Part shown: piece by piece, positions 1 to 6,862 of the stretch | Layout: each line of letters opens with the position of its first letter | Numbering within the stretch: position 1 is the stretch's first letter | Notes under the pieces: generated by a model | What the model was told of the DNA's origin: nothing | What the model saw: only the letters and a program-made list of their open reading frames with translations | Databases searched by the model: none | Made by a program: the position numbers and the translations under genes | Origin: Armatimonadota bacterium | GTDB taxonomy: Bacteria > Armatimonadota > UBA5829 > DTLH01 | DNA: 15,656 nt | Direction of reading: 5' to 3' | NCBI GenBank assembly: GCA_038207085.1 | Contig: JBBRAE010000051.1 | Coordinates: 1-15,656, forward strand

Positions 1-168
1 CCTGCGGCGACGCTGCCGCTTGCGATATTCTTTCAACTCGGGACCCCTTTTGAAGAGGTCCACCAGCGGGCGTATGCGTCCGCTTTGATACTCACGATCA
101 TCGTGCTTCTGACGAGCATTGTGGCAAGGATCGTCGCCGCGAGGTTCGCAAAGCACACCTGGAGGTAA
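1..168 (+). CDS. pstA: Phosphate ABC transporter permease PstA, C-terminal part (5' truncated by window)
   Basis: Manual frame-1 translation PAATLPLAIFFQLGTPFEEVHQRAYASALILTIIVLLTSIVARIVAARFAKHTWR* (TAA 166-168). TLP..I and AYASALIL plus a final TM helix are typical of the PstA C-terminus, and it lies directly upstream of pstB. Not in the supplied ORF track. Confidence 0.85.
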   Translation, partial: PAATLPLAIFFQLGTPFEEVHQRAYASALILTIIVLLTSIVARIVAARFAKHTWR

Positions 169-173
169 CACTT

Positions 174-926
174 GTGAAGGCACATATCGAGGTCGAGTCA
201 CTGCAGCTCTGCTACCAGGGGAACGTGGCGCTCAAGGCCATCAACGTCGACATACCGGAAAAGAAGGCGACGGCGATCATCGGCCCATCGGGCTGTGGCA
301 AGTCGAGTCTTCTTCGGTGCCTGAACAGGATGATCGACCTCGTGCCCGGTACGAAGGTCACCGGCAGAGTCGCGCTCGATGGTGAGGACATCTACAGACC
401 GCGTGCAGACATCATGGGCCTCAGGAAACGGGTCGGACTCATTGGTCAAAGGCCGGTGCCACTTCCGATGTCGATATTTGAAAACGTCGCCTTCGGTCCG
501 AGGCTCTACGGCGTGCATGGGAAGAAACTCAAAGCTACGGTCGAGAAGGGGCTGCGCACGGCAGGTCTGTGGGACGAGGTTAAGGACAGGCTGAAGGACT
601 CACCGTCGCGCCTCTCCGTCGGCCAGCAGCAACGGCTGTGCCTTGCGCGCGGTCTTGCGGTAGAGCCGGAGGTGCTGCTCTTCGATGAGCCTACATCAGC
701 GCTCGACCCTGTTTCGGCCCGCCATATTGAGGCACAGATCGCTCTGCTCAAGAAGGATTTCACTGTGGTCATCGTGACTCACGACCTGCACCAGGCCAAA
801 CGCGTCGCGGACAACGTGATGTTCCTTTACCTGGGCGAGCTGATAGAAGCAGGTTCCACGAGCCAGATATTCGAGGACCCGCAAGAGGAATGGACCCGGA
901 TGTACGTTGCGGGAGCAGGTATTTAG
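174..926 (+). CDS. pstB: Phosphate ABC transporter ATP-binding protein PstB
   Basis: Walker A GPSGCGKS, LRCLNRM, Q-loop QRPVPLPMSIFENVAFG, signature LSVGQQQRLCLAR, Walker B LLFDEPTSALDP, H-loop IVTH. GTG start with GGAGG at 161-165. Confidence 0.9.
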   Translation: MKAHIEVESLQLCYQGNVALKAINVDIPEKKATAIIGPSGCGKSSLLRCLNRMIDLVPGTKVTGRVALDGEDIYRPRADIMGLRKRVGLIGQRPVPLPMSIFENVAFGPRLYGVHGKKLKATVEKGLRTAGLWDEVKDRLKDSPSRLSVGQQQRLCLARGLAVEPEVLLFDEPTSALDPVSARHIEAQIALLKKDFTVVIVTHDLHQAKRVADNVMFLYLGELIEAGSTSQIFEDPQEEWTRMYVAGAGI

Positions 927-947
927 ACGGGAAACTGGTTGAACCAC

Positions 948-976
948 TAGACAAATGGCTAATTGTTGGCTATAAT
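948..976 (+). promoter_or_regulatory. Sigma70-type promoter P1 for cysK-yezD
   Basis: TAGACA (948-953), 17-nt spacer, TATAAT (971-976) in an AT-rich intergenic region, about 40 nt upstream of the cysK ATG. Confidence 0.8.
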
Positions 977-1017
977 ACAAGTAAGGACATCGGAATAGTC
1001 AAGAAAGGCGATAGAGC

Positions 1018-1998
1018 ATGGGAACCAATGCGGGCAACGATAAGCTTGTTAGAAAATCCTGGCCGGGGATAGCGGATTCTATCACGGAGTTGATAGGCAA
1101 CACCCCCTTGGTCCGCCTCCACAGGGTGAATGAGGGAGCCTTGGCAGATGTTGTTGTCAAACTGGAGAAGAACAACCCCTGGGGAAGCGTTAAGGACAGG
1201 ATCGGCGTCTATATGATAGACGCCGCCGAGCGACTTGGGCTAATAACCAAGGATACCGTGATCATTGAGCCTACGAGTGGGAACACAGGCATCGGCCTGG
1301 CAGGTGCAGCCGCAGCAGCCAAAGGGTATCGGCTAATCCTGACCATGCCTGAGTCGATGAGTATTGAACGACGAACTCTACTTAAAGCGCTCGGCGCCGA
1401 AATAATCTTGACTCCCGCGCCTCTGGGGATGAAAGGGGCGATTGCCAGAGCGGAAGAGCTTGCATCTGAACACAAGACGGCATTTATCCCTCAGCAGTTC
1501 AAGAATCTTGCTAACCCGAAGGCCCACCGGGAGACGACCGCGGTTGAGATTTGGGAAGACACCAAATGCGGGATAGACATCTTGGTTGGAGGAGTCGGCA
1601 CTGGCGGAACAATCACGGGAGTCGGGCAGGTTCTGAAGCCTCTTAAGCCTGAGCTTCAGATCGTTGCTGTCGAGCCAGCCGATTCAGCGGTGCTGTCCGG
1701 AGGCCAGCCGGGACCGCATAAGATCCAGGGGCTCGGCGCGGGGTTTGTTCCCGACGTGCTTGACCGCAGCCTTGTCGACGAAATCATCACGGTCTCGAAC
1801 AACGACGCGTTTACGATGACTCGTCGGCTTGCCAGAGAGGAAGCGATTCTCGCGGGCATCTCGAGTGGCGCGGCGACTCATGCCGCTGTGGAACTCGCCA
1901 AAAGGCCCCAGAACAAGGGTAAACTTATAGTCGTAGTCCTGCCGGACAGCGGAGAGCGGTACCTCAGCACTCCGGTCTTTGGCGAACCACCAGCTTAG
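1018..1998 (+). CDS. cysK: Cysteine synthase A (O-acetylserine sulfhydrylase)
   Basis: IGNTPLV, PLP lysine motif SVKDR, substrate loop [37 protein letters not shown] (CysK-type), [12 protein letters not shown]-like GAAAGG at 1003-1008. Confidence 0.95.
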   Translation: MGTNAGNDKLVRKSWPGIADSITELIGNTPLVRLHRVNEGALADVVVKLEKNNPWGSVKDRIGVYMIDAAERLGLITKDTVIIEPTSGNTGIGLAGAAAAAKGYRLILTMPESMSIERRTLLKALGAEIILTPAPLGMKGAIARAEELASEHKTAFIPQQFKNLANPKAHRETTAVEIWEDTKCGIDILVGGVGTGGTITGVGQVLKPLKPELQIVAVEPADSAVLSGGQPGPHKIQGLGAGFVPDVLDRSLVDEIITVSNNDAFTMTRRLAREEAILAGISSGAATHAAVELAKRPQNKGKLIVVVLPDSGERYLSTPVFGEPPA

Positions 1999-2013
1999 TT
2001 AGGATGACCCACC

Positions 2014-2208
2014 ATGGCACAAGCGAAAACAGACAAAGAACGTGAGCAGATCGCGCTCAAGCATATAAGGGACGCGGTCCGCAGCGTCCGCTTCGGCACG
2101 GTGATGGTGATAGTCCAGGATGGTGTGGTGATACAGGTCGACCGGACGGAGAAGACCCGGATTGACTATTCGCGCAGCGATGTTCAGGCCGAAGGTAGTG
2201 GGATCTGA
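2014..2208 (+). CDS. yezD: YezD/DUF2292-family small protein
   Basis: 64 aa with the pattern IRDAVRSVRFGTVMVIVQDGVVIQVDRTEKTR, matching the DUF2292 signature (FGsV.i.vqDG.V.Qi...EK.R) as I recall it. Starts 15 nt after cysK and carries a C-terminal extension ending EGSGI. Confidence 0.85.
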   Translation: MAQAKTDKEREQIALKHIRDAVRSVRFGTVMVIVQDGVVIQVDRTEKTRIDYSRSDVQAEGSGI

Positions 2209-2248
2209 CCGTTAACGAAACTATCACACAAACATAGCACGCTCGGCA

Positions 2249-2277
2249 TTGACCTTCGGTCTGCCGCGGGCTATACT
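2249..2277 (+). promoter_or_regulatory. Sigma70-type promoter P2 for the sulfate-assimilation operon
   Basis: TTGACC (2249-2254), 17-nt spacer, TATACT (2272-2277). The expected transcription start is near 2284. Confidence 0.8.
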
Positions 2278-2300
2278 AGAGTAAGTTAGTCAACATACTC
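2273..2300. promoter_or_regulatory. Putative Rrf2-family (IscR/CymR-like) operator overlapping the -10/+1 of P2
   Basis: ATACTAGAGT-AAGTT-AGTCAACATA (2273-2297) matches 19/25 positions of the IscR type-1 consensus ATASYYGACTRWWWYAGTCRRSTAT by hand count. An imperfect inverted repeat GAGTAAGTT-agtc-AACATACTC (2279-2300, 8/9) overlaps it. Confidence 0.55.
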
Positions 2301-2315
2301 GGCTTTAATTTGTCT

Positions 2316-2336
2316 GCTGACTGGAAAACCAGAGGC
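2316..2336 (+). ncRNA. Candidate cis-regulatory leader hairpin (putative antiterminator or protein-binding site)
   Basis: GCU-GA-CUGG-AAAA-CCAG-A-GGC: a 3-bp lower stem, asymmetric GA/A internal loop, 4-bp upper stem and AAAA loop. Its 3' end (AGGC 2333-2336) is also the 5' base of the downstream terminator stem. Confidence 0.55.
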
Positions 2337-2384
2337 TGGCGCACTTACGAGACATGTCTCGTCGTGTGCTGGCCTTTTCGTTTT
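2333..2384 (+). terminator. Intrinsic terminator inside the 5' leader (attenuator)
   Basis: AGGCTGGCGCAC (2333-2344) pairs with GTGTGCTGGCCT (2364-2375), 12 bp including G-U pairs. The inner stem is ACGAGA-CATG-TCTCGT (2347-2362), followed by TTTCGTTTT. It lies between P2 and the first RBS. Confidence 0.75.
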
Positions 2385-2405
2385 GTGCAGCGGAGGGAGA
2401 TCGAC

Positions 2406-2567
2406 ATGATCAGTTTGGGTGCTTTCGCAGCTATTGGGGCAATGATGTTCCTCGGTCTCGGGCTGGGCTATCTTGCCAACCGGTTTCCAAGTCTGATCTA
2501 TATACGCGGCGAAATGGACTGCTGGAACGATGAGGAGTTGACTGGAAAGGCGGAAACGAGAACGTGA
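2406..2567 (+). CDS. Small (53 aa) single-pass membrane protein, unknown function
   Basis: SD GGAGGGAG (2392-2399) and ATG 2406. MISLGAFAAIGAMMFLGLGLGYLANRFPSLIYIRGEMDCWNDEELTGKAETRT has a hydrophobic N-terminal helix. Its stop overlaps the cysH GTG (GTGA). The ORF track's TTG start at 2310 runs through the leader and is unlikely. Confidence 0.6.
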   Translation: MISLGAFAAIGAMMFLGLGLGYLANRFPSLIYIRGEMDCWNDEELTGKAETRT

Positions 2568-3274
2568 GGCAGGACATTGAACAACTGAACATGACCCTCA
2601 CGCGCCAGTCCGCGCAGGATGTTTTGGCATGGGCGCAGGAGGAGTTTGGCGAGAGCGTAACTCTAGCTCTGAGCCTCGGTGCGGAAGACGTGGTGCTTCT
2701 GGACATGCTATCAAAGTCGGGGAAACCGGCTCGGGCGTTCGTGCTCGATACGGGCAGGCTCCATCAGGAGACCTACGATCTTCTGGGTCGCGTGAAGGCA
2801 CGCTATCGGAACGTCGAGATATCTGTCTATTTTCCGCAGACAAGCCAGATCGAGCAGTTGGTCAGCAGCAACGGTCCGAACAGCTTTTACGAGTCGGTCG
2901 ATAACCGCAGGGAGTGCTGCCGAATACGCAAAGTTGAACCGCTCGCGCGAGCACTCTCCGGCGTGGATGCCTGGATCACCGGGCTGAGACGCGTTCAGTC
3001 CGTTACCAGGGCCGAGACTCCCATCGTCGAGGCCGATGAAGCCCACGGGGGCATCCTGAAGGTCAACCCGCTTACAAATTGGTCTGAAGACGACGTGTGG
3101 AGCTACATCAGGGCAAACGGCGTGCCGTATCATCCGCTGCACGACAATGGGTATCCGTCAATCGGCTGCGCCCCATGCACTCGGGCAATCGAACCGGGAG
3201 AAGACATCCGTGCGGGACGCTGGTGGTGGGAAAACCCCGAGCACAAGGAATGCGGACTACATATCAAGAGGTAA
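2564..3274 (+). CDS. cysH: Adenosine 5'-phosphosulfate (APS) reductase, [4Fe-4S] CysH type
   Basis: LDTGRLHQETY, ECCRIRKVEPL, WITGLRR.QS.TRA, SIGCAPCT, RAGRWWWE and C-terminal KECGLH. The CC...CxxC iron-sulfur ligands indicate APS rather than PAPS specificity. Confidence 0.93.
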   Translation: MRQDIEQLNMTLTRQSAQDVLAWAQEEFGESVTLALSLGAEDVVLLDMLSKSGKPARAFVLDTGRLHQETYDLLGRVKARYRNVEISVYFPQTSQIEQLVSSNGPNSFYESVDNRRECCRIRKVEPLARALSGVDAWITGLRRVQSVTRAETPIVEADEAHGGILKVNPLTNWSEDDVWSYIRANGVPYHPLHDNGYPSIGCAPCTRAIEPGEDIRAGRWWWENPEHKECGLHIKR

Positions 3275-3277
3275 CAG

Positions 3278-4078
3278 ATGGATCATTTGGACGCGCTGGA
3301 AAGCCAAAGCATATATATTCTGAGAGAGGCATATAAGAAGTTCAGCAAGCTCGCCATGCTCTGGAGCATTGGCAAAGACTCGACCGTGCTCCTGTGGCTT
3401 GCGAGGAAGGCCTTCCTCGGGCACTGCCCTATCCCGCTCGTGCATATCGACACGAGTCTGAAGATCCCTGAAATGATAGAGTTTCGGGACAGGGTAGCCA
3501 AGGAATGGAATGTGCGCCTCATCGTCGGGCAGAACACACAAGCGCTAGCCGAGGGCATGGGACCGGATAAGGGCCGAATGGTCTGCTGCAATTCGCTTAA
3601 GACCGAAGGACTTCAGCAAATCATGTTGGAGTATGGTTTCACTGGGCTCATTCTCGGAATTCGTCGTGACGAAGAAGGAACCCGGGCTAAGGAGCGCTAC
3701 TTCTCGCCGCGTGACAAGAACTTCGAGTGGAACTACAAAGACCAGCCGCCGGAGCTTTGGGATCAGTTCAAGACGGATTTTGACAAGGACACTCATATCC
3801 GGATACATCCGTTGTTGCACTGGACGGAGATTGACGTCTGGGCGTACATCAAGCGGGAGAACATCCCGATCGTCGGTCTCTATTTTGCGAGAGACGGAGA
3901 ACGTTACAGGTCGCTCGGATGCTGGCCCTGCACCGGCAGGATAAAGTCCGAGGCGGTGACCATCGACGAAATAATCGAAGAACTGAAGAATACTACGGTG
4001 AGCGAGCGATCAGTCCGAGCGCAGGACCAGGAAGACACCTACGCAATGCAGAAACTGCGTGCCAAGGGCTATATGTAA
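3278..4078 (+). CDS. cysD: Sulfate adenylyltransferase subunit 2
   Basis: [14 protein letters not shown]-loop [52 protein letters not shown]-terminal KGYM. Confidence 0.95.
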   Translation: MDHLDALESQSIYILREAYKKFSKLAMLWSIGKDSTVLLWLARKAFLGHCPIPLVHIDTSLKIPEMIEFRDRVAKEWNVRLIVGQNTQALAEGMGPDKGRMVCCNSLKTEGLQQIMLEYGFTGLILGIRRDEEGTRAKERYFSPRDKNFEWNYKDQPPELWDQFKTDFDKDTHIRIHPLLHWTEIDVWAYIKRENIPIVGLYFARDGERYRSLGCWPCTGRIKSEAVTIDEIIEELKNTTVSERSVRAQDQEDTYAMQKLRAKGYM

Positions 4079-4114
4079 CTTCGCACGGCGAACCACGAAG
4101 ACAAGAAGGGCGAA

Positions 4115-5389
4115 ATGAGTCAAACACAGACAGTTAAGCCAACGCTGAATATAGTAATAGTCGGACACGTCGACCACGGCAAGTCTACCCTCGTCGGGCG
4201 ACTCCTGCACGACACGGGGAGTCTGCCTGATGGCAAATACCAGGCCGTAGCGCGGGTCTGCGAGGAGACCGGGAAGCGGTTCGAGTACGCCTTTCTTCTT
4301 GACGCGCTCGAAGAGGAACGCGACCAGGGAGTCACCATAGATATCGTGCAGACACAGTTCAGGACGGACGCGCGCGACTACGTGATCATCGACGCCCCCG
4401 GCCACAAAGAATTCCTGAAGAACATGGTGAGCGGGGCGGCCTCAGCGGATGTCGCGATACTGCTCATCGACGCGGAGGAAGGTGTTCAGGAGCAGTCCAG
4501 ACGCCATGGCTATCTACTGCATCTGCTCGGCATCAGGCAGGTCACGGTCGCAATAAACAAGATGGACCTTGTCGACTACTCTGAGGCAGTCTTCGAGTCC
4601 GTCCGCAATGAGTACCTCAAGTTTCTGAGAGAACTCGACGTGAAACCACAGTTCGTAATCCCGATATCGGCCCGCGAAAGCGATAACGTGACAGCAGAGT
4701 CGGACAATATGGCTTGGTACAGCGGCCCGACGATTCTTCAGGCGCTCGACCTGTTCGACGCGGCGGCATCAAAGGACACTCGCCCTCTGAGGGTGCCCGT
4801 GCAGGATGTGTACAAGTTCGACAAGAGAAGAATCGTGGCGGGACGGGTCGAGTCCGGAACCATAACGGAAGGTGATGAGATACTCTTCACTCCATCGGGC
4901 CATCGAGGCGTGGTCAAGAGCATCGAGCGTTGGGAAAGCCCTAAGAACGGCGCGGCTAGCGCCGGTGAGTCGATCGGGATCACGCTGACGGAGCAGATTT
5001 TCGTGGAACGCGGGGATATAATCTCGCACTTCCAATACGCCCCGAGCAAGACCAGCGTGCTGCAGGCCAACCTGTTTTGGCTCGGCAATCGCCATCTCAA
5101 GGTCGGTGGCAAGTATGTCCTGAAGCTCGCGACCCAGGAAGTGGAGTGCACAGTCGATGCCATCAACAGAGTGATCGACACCTCAACGCTCGAGAGCATC
5201 GGAGACATCGCCCGGGAGGTGGCCAAGAACGAGGTCGCTACCGTCACGTTTGACCTGAAGAAGGCTGTAGCCTTCGATGCTGTGAGCGATATCGTCGAAA
5301 CCGGCAGGTTCGTGGTAGTAGACGGGTTCGACGTAGCGGGTGGCGGAATCATCCCCAGGGCGGAAGTCCCGGAAGTGTATCAAATATAG
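4115..5389 (+). CDS. cysN: Sulfate adenylyltransferase subunit 1 (GTPase), without an APS kinase domain
   Basis: GHVDHGKST, LDALEEERDQGVTID, DAPGH, NKMD, PISA, RVPVQDVYK, TGRFVVVD..GGGII. It follows cysD and ends shortly after domain III. Confidence 0.93.
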   Translation: MSQTQTVKPTLNIVIVGHVDHGKSTLVGRLLHDTGSLPDGKYQAVARVCEETGKRFEYAFLLDALEEERDQGVTIDIVQTQFRTDARDYVIIDAPGHKEFLKNMVSGAASADVAILLIDAEEGVQEQSRRHGYLLHLLGIRQVTVAINKMDLVDYSEAVFESVRNEYLKFLRELDVKPQFVIPISARESDNVTAESDNMAWYSGPTILQALDLFDAAASKDTRPLRVPVQDVYKFDKRRIVAGRVESGTITEGDEILFTPSGHRGVVKSIERWESPKNGAASAGESIGITLTEQIFVERGDIISHFQYAPSKTSVLQANLFWLGNRHLKVGGKYVLKLATQEVECTVDAINRVIDTSTLESIGDIAREVAKNEVATVTFDLKKAVAFDAVSDIVETGRFVVVDGFDVAGGGIIPRAEVPEVYQI

Positions 5390-6640
5390 ATGAACAAAAA
5401 TAGCACGGACATCGAAACGCTGGCCCTGCACGGCGGCTACCAGCCGGACCCTCACACCGGTTCGACTGCGACCCCGATTCACCAGACGACCGCGTACGCC
5501 TATGCTACGGCGGATGACCTCGCGGACGTGTTCAAAGGGCGCGCGCCGGGCCACGTCTACACCAGGCTTTCTAATCCGACGTCGGCGGCGCTTGAGCGAA
5601 GACTGGCGGAGTTAGAGGGAGGCGTGGGGTGCCTGTCGTGCTCGTCCGGGATGGCGGCGATAGCCTCAACAGTGATGGGACTGACCAGATCGGGCGACCA
5701 CATTGTCTCCGCAAACGGAATTTTCGGTGGAACGGTGTCGTTTTTCTCTAAGACCCTGGCCCGGTTCGGTGTCGAGACCACGTTCGTGGACGCCGGCGAC
5801 ACCAATGCCTACCCCGTCGCAATCAGGCCCGAGACGAAGCTGATCTTTATCGAGACGATCACGAATCCCAAGATGGAAGTCCCGGACCTGCCGGCAATAG
5901 CTGATATCGCCAGTGAGAAGAACATCCCGCTCGTCGTGGACAATACTGTGACGACGCCGATGATGATCAGGCCGGGAGACTACGGCGCGGCGGTGGTCAT
6001 CCATTCCACGTCGAAGTTCGTGGACGGCCACGGCAGCGCTATCGGCGGGGCCATAATCGACACCGGACGCTTTGACTGGCGCAACGGGCCCTTTGAGGAT
6101 ATCGCGGCCCTCGCGCGTCGGGCCGGTCAACTCGCGTTTCTTGCTCATCTGCGGACACTTATCTACAGGGATCTCGGGTGCTGCCCATCTCCGTTCAACT
6201 CGTTTCTTCACTTGACCGGGGTTGAGGGACTGCCGATGAGGATGGAAGTCCACTGCAGGAACGCTATGGCGCTTGCGGAGTTCCTGACGGCCCACCCGAA
6301 GGTGGCGTGGGTGAACTATCCGGGCCTGTCGTCGAATCATTACCACCAGGTCGCATCGCGGCTGTTCGGCGGCAGGTTCGGAGCCATCCTGACGTTCGGT
6401 GTGAGAACGTCCGAGGCCGCAAAGCGGGTGATAGACCACACATCGCTTGCACAGAACCTCGCGAACATCGGCGACTCGAAGACGCTGGTCATCCATCCGG
6501 CGTCGACCATATTCCAGGAGTTTTCCGACGAAGAGCGCGCTGAAATGGGTGTAACAGACGACCTCATCAGGGTCTCAGTCGGAGTAGAGAGCACAAGAGA
6601 CATCATAGCGGACTTCGCATCCGCGCTCGATAGCATTTAG
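5390..6640 (+). CDS. metY: O-acetylhomoserine aminocarboxypropyltransferase/sulfhydrylase (MetY-like, Cys/Met metabolism PLP family)
   Basis: TLALHGG, PIHQTTAY, YTRLSNPT, SSGMAAI, VVDNT, PLP lysine HSTSKF, ANIGDSKTLVIHPASTI, LIRVSVGVE. Confidence 0.88.
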   Translation: MNKNSTDIETLALHGGYQPDPHTGSTATPIHQTTAYAYATADDLADVFKGRAPGHVYTRLSNPTSAALERRLAELEGGVGCLSCSSGMAAIASTVMGLTRSGDHIVSANGIFGGTVSFFSKTLARFGVETTFVDAGDTNAYPVAIRPETKLIFIETITNPKMEVPDLPAIADIASEKNIPLVVDNTVTTPMMIRPGDYGAAVVIHSTSKFVDGHGSAIGGAIIDTGRFDWRNGPFEDIAALARRAGQLAFLAHLRTLIYRDLGCCPSPFNSFLHLTGVEGLPMRMEVHCRNAMALAEFLTAHPKVAWVNYPGLSSNHYHQVASRLFGGRFGAILTFGVRTSEAAKRVIDHTSLAQNLANIGDSKTLVIHPASTIFQEFSDEERAEMGVTDDLIRVSVGVESTRDIIADFASALDSI

Positions 6641-6862
6641 ATGAGCAACAATATGCAAATCACAATCAACGGCAAGAAAGCAGATTCCACCGACAGCGTC
6701 TCCGTGACCGAGCTTCTGAGGGAACAGAAAGTGGAGAGCCCGGAGTATGTGTCCGTCGAGTTGAACGGCGAGATACTGGATCGCAGTGCGTTCGAGACCA
6801 CCGTGGTTAGGGAAGGCGACGCAATCGAGTTTCTCTACTTTATGGGAGGCGGATCGCAGTGA
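6641..6862 (+). CDS. ThiS/MoaD-like sulfur carrier protein (HcyS/CysO-like) with masked C-terminal Gly-Gly
   Basis: MQITING...VSVELNGEIL...VREGDAIEFLYFMGGGSQ has the ubiquitin-like beta-grasp signature, with GG followed by extra residues. An alternative start is ATG 6653. Confidence 0.88.
   Translation: MSNNMQITINGKKADSTDSVSVTELLREQKVESPEYVSVELNGEILDRSAFETTVVREGDAIEFLYFMGGGSQ

Noticed and set aside
903..926. PstB ends in GAGI, also CysE-tail-like and adjacent to cysK
   Set aside because: The tail aligns with the normal PstB end (Y..G.fG), has no flexible linker and belongs to a different operon, so it is probably coincidental. It does show that G-x-G-I can arise by chance.
2284..2400. SAM-I riboswitch or T-box in the cys leader
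   Set aside because: No recognisable SAM-I core (AUC..GAG, GCAACC, GUGC..AA arrangement) or T-box UGGNACC bulge, and only about 50 nt precede the terminator.
2310..2405. TTG-started 85-aa version of the small ORF as a leader peptide with Cys codons
   Set aside because: There is no SD before 2310 and the frame runs through the hairpin and terminator. ATG 2406 has a strong SD.
4115..5389. Elongation factor Tu/EF-1alpha or SelB
   Set aside because: GHVDHGKST is shared, but the position after cysD and the LDALEEER.QG.TID and VQDVYK motifs indicate CysN.
5666..6496. 276-aa antisense ORF, and other long shadow ORFs such as 4738-5352 and 8596-9126
   Set aside because: They lie entirely opposite well-supported genes in GC-rich sequence and show no recognisable motifs.
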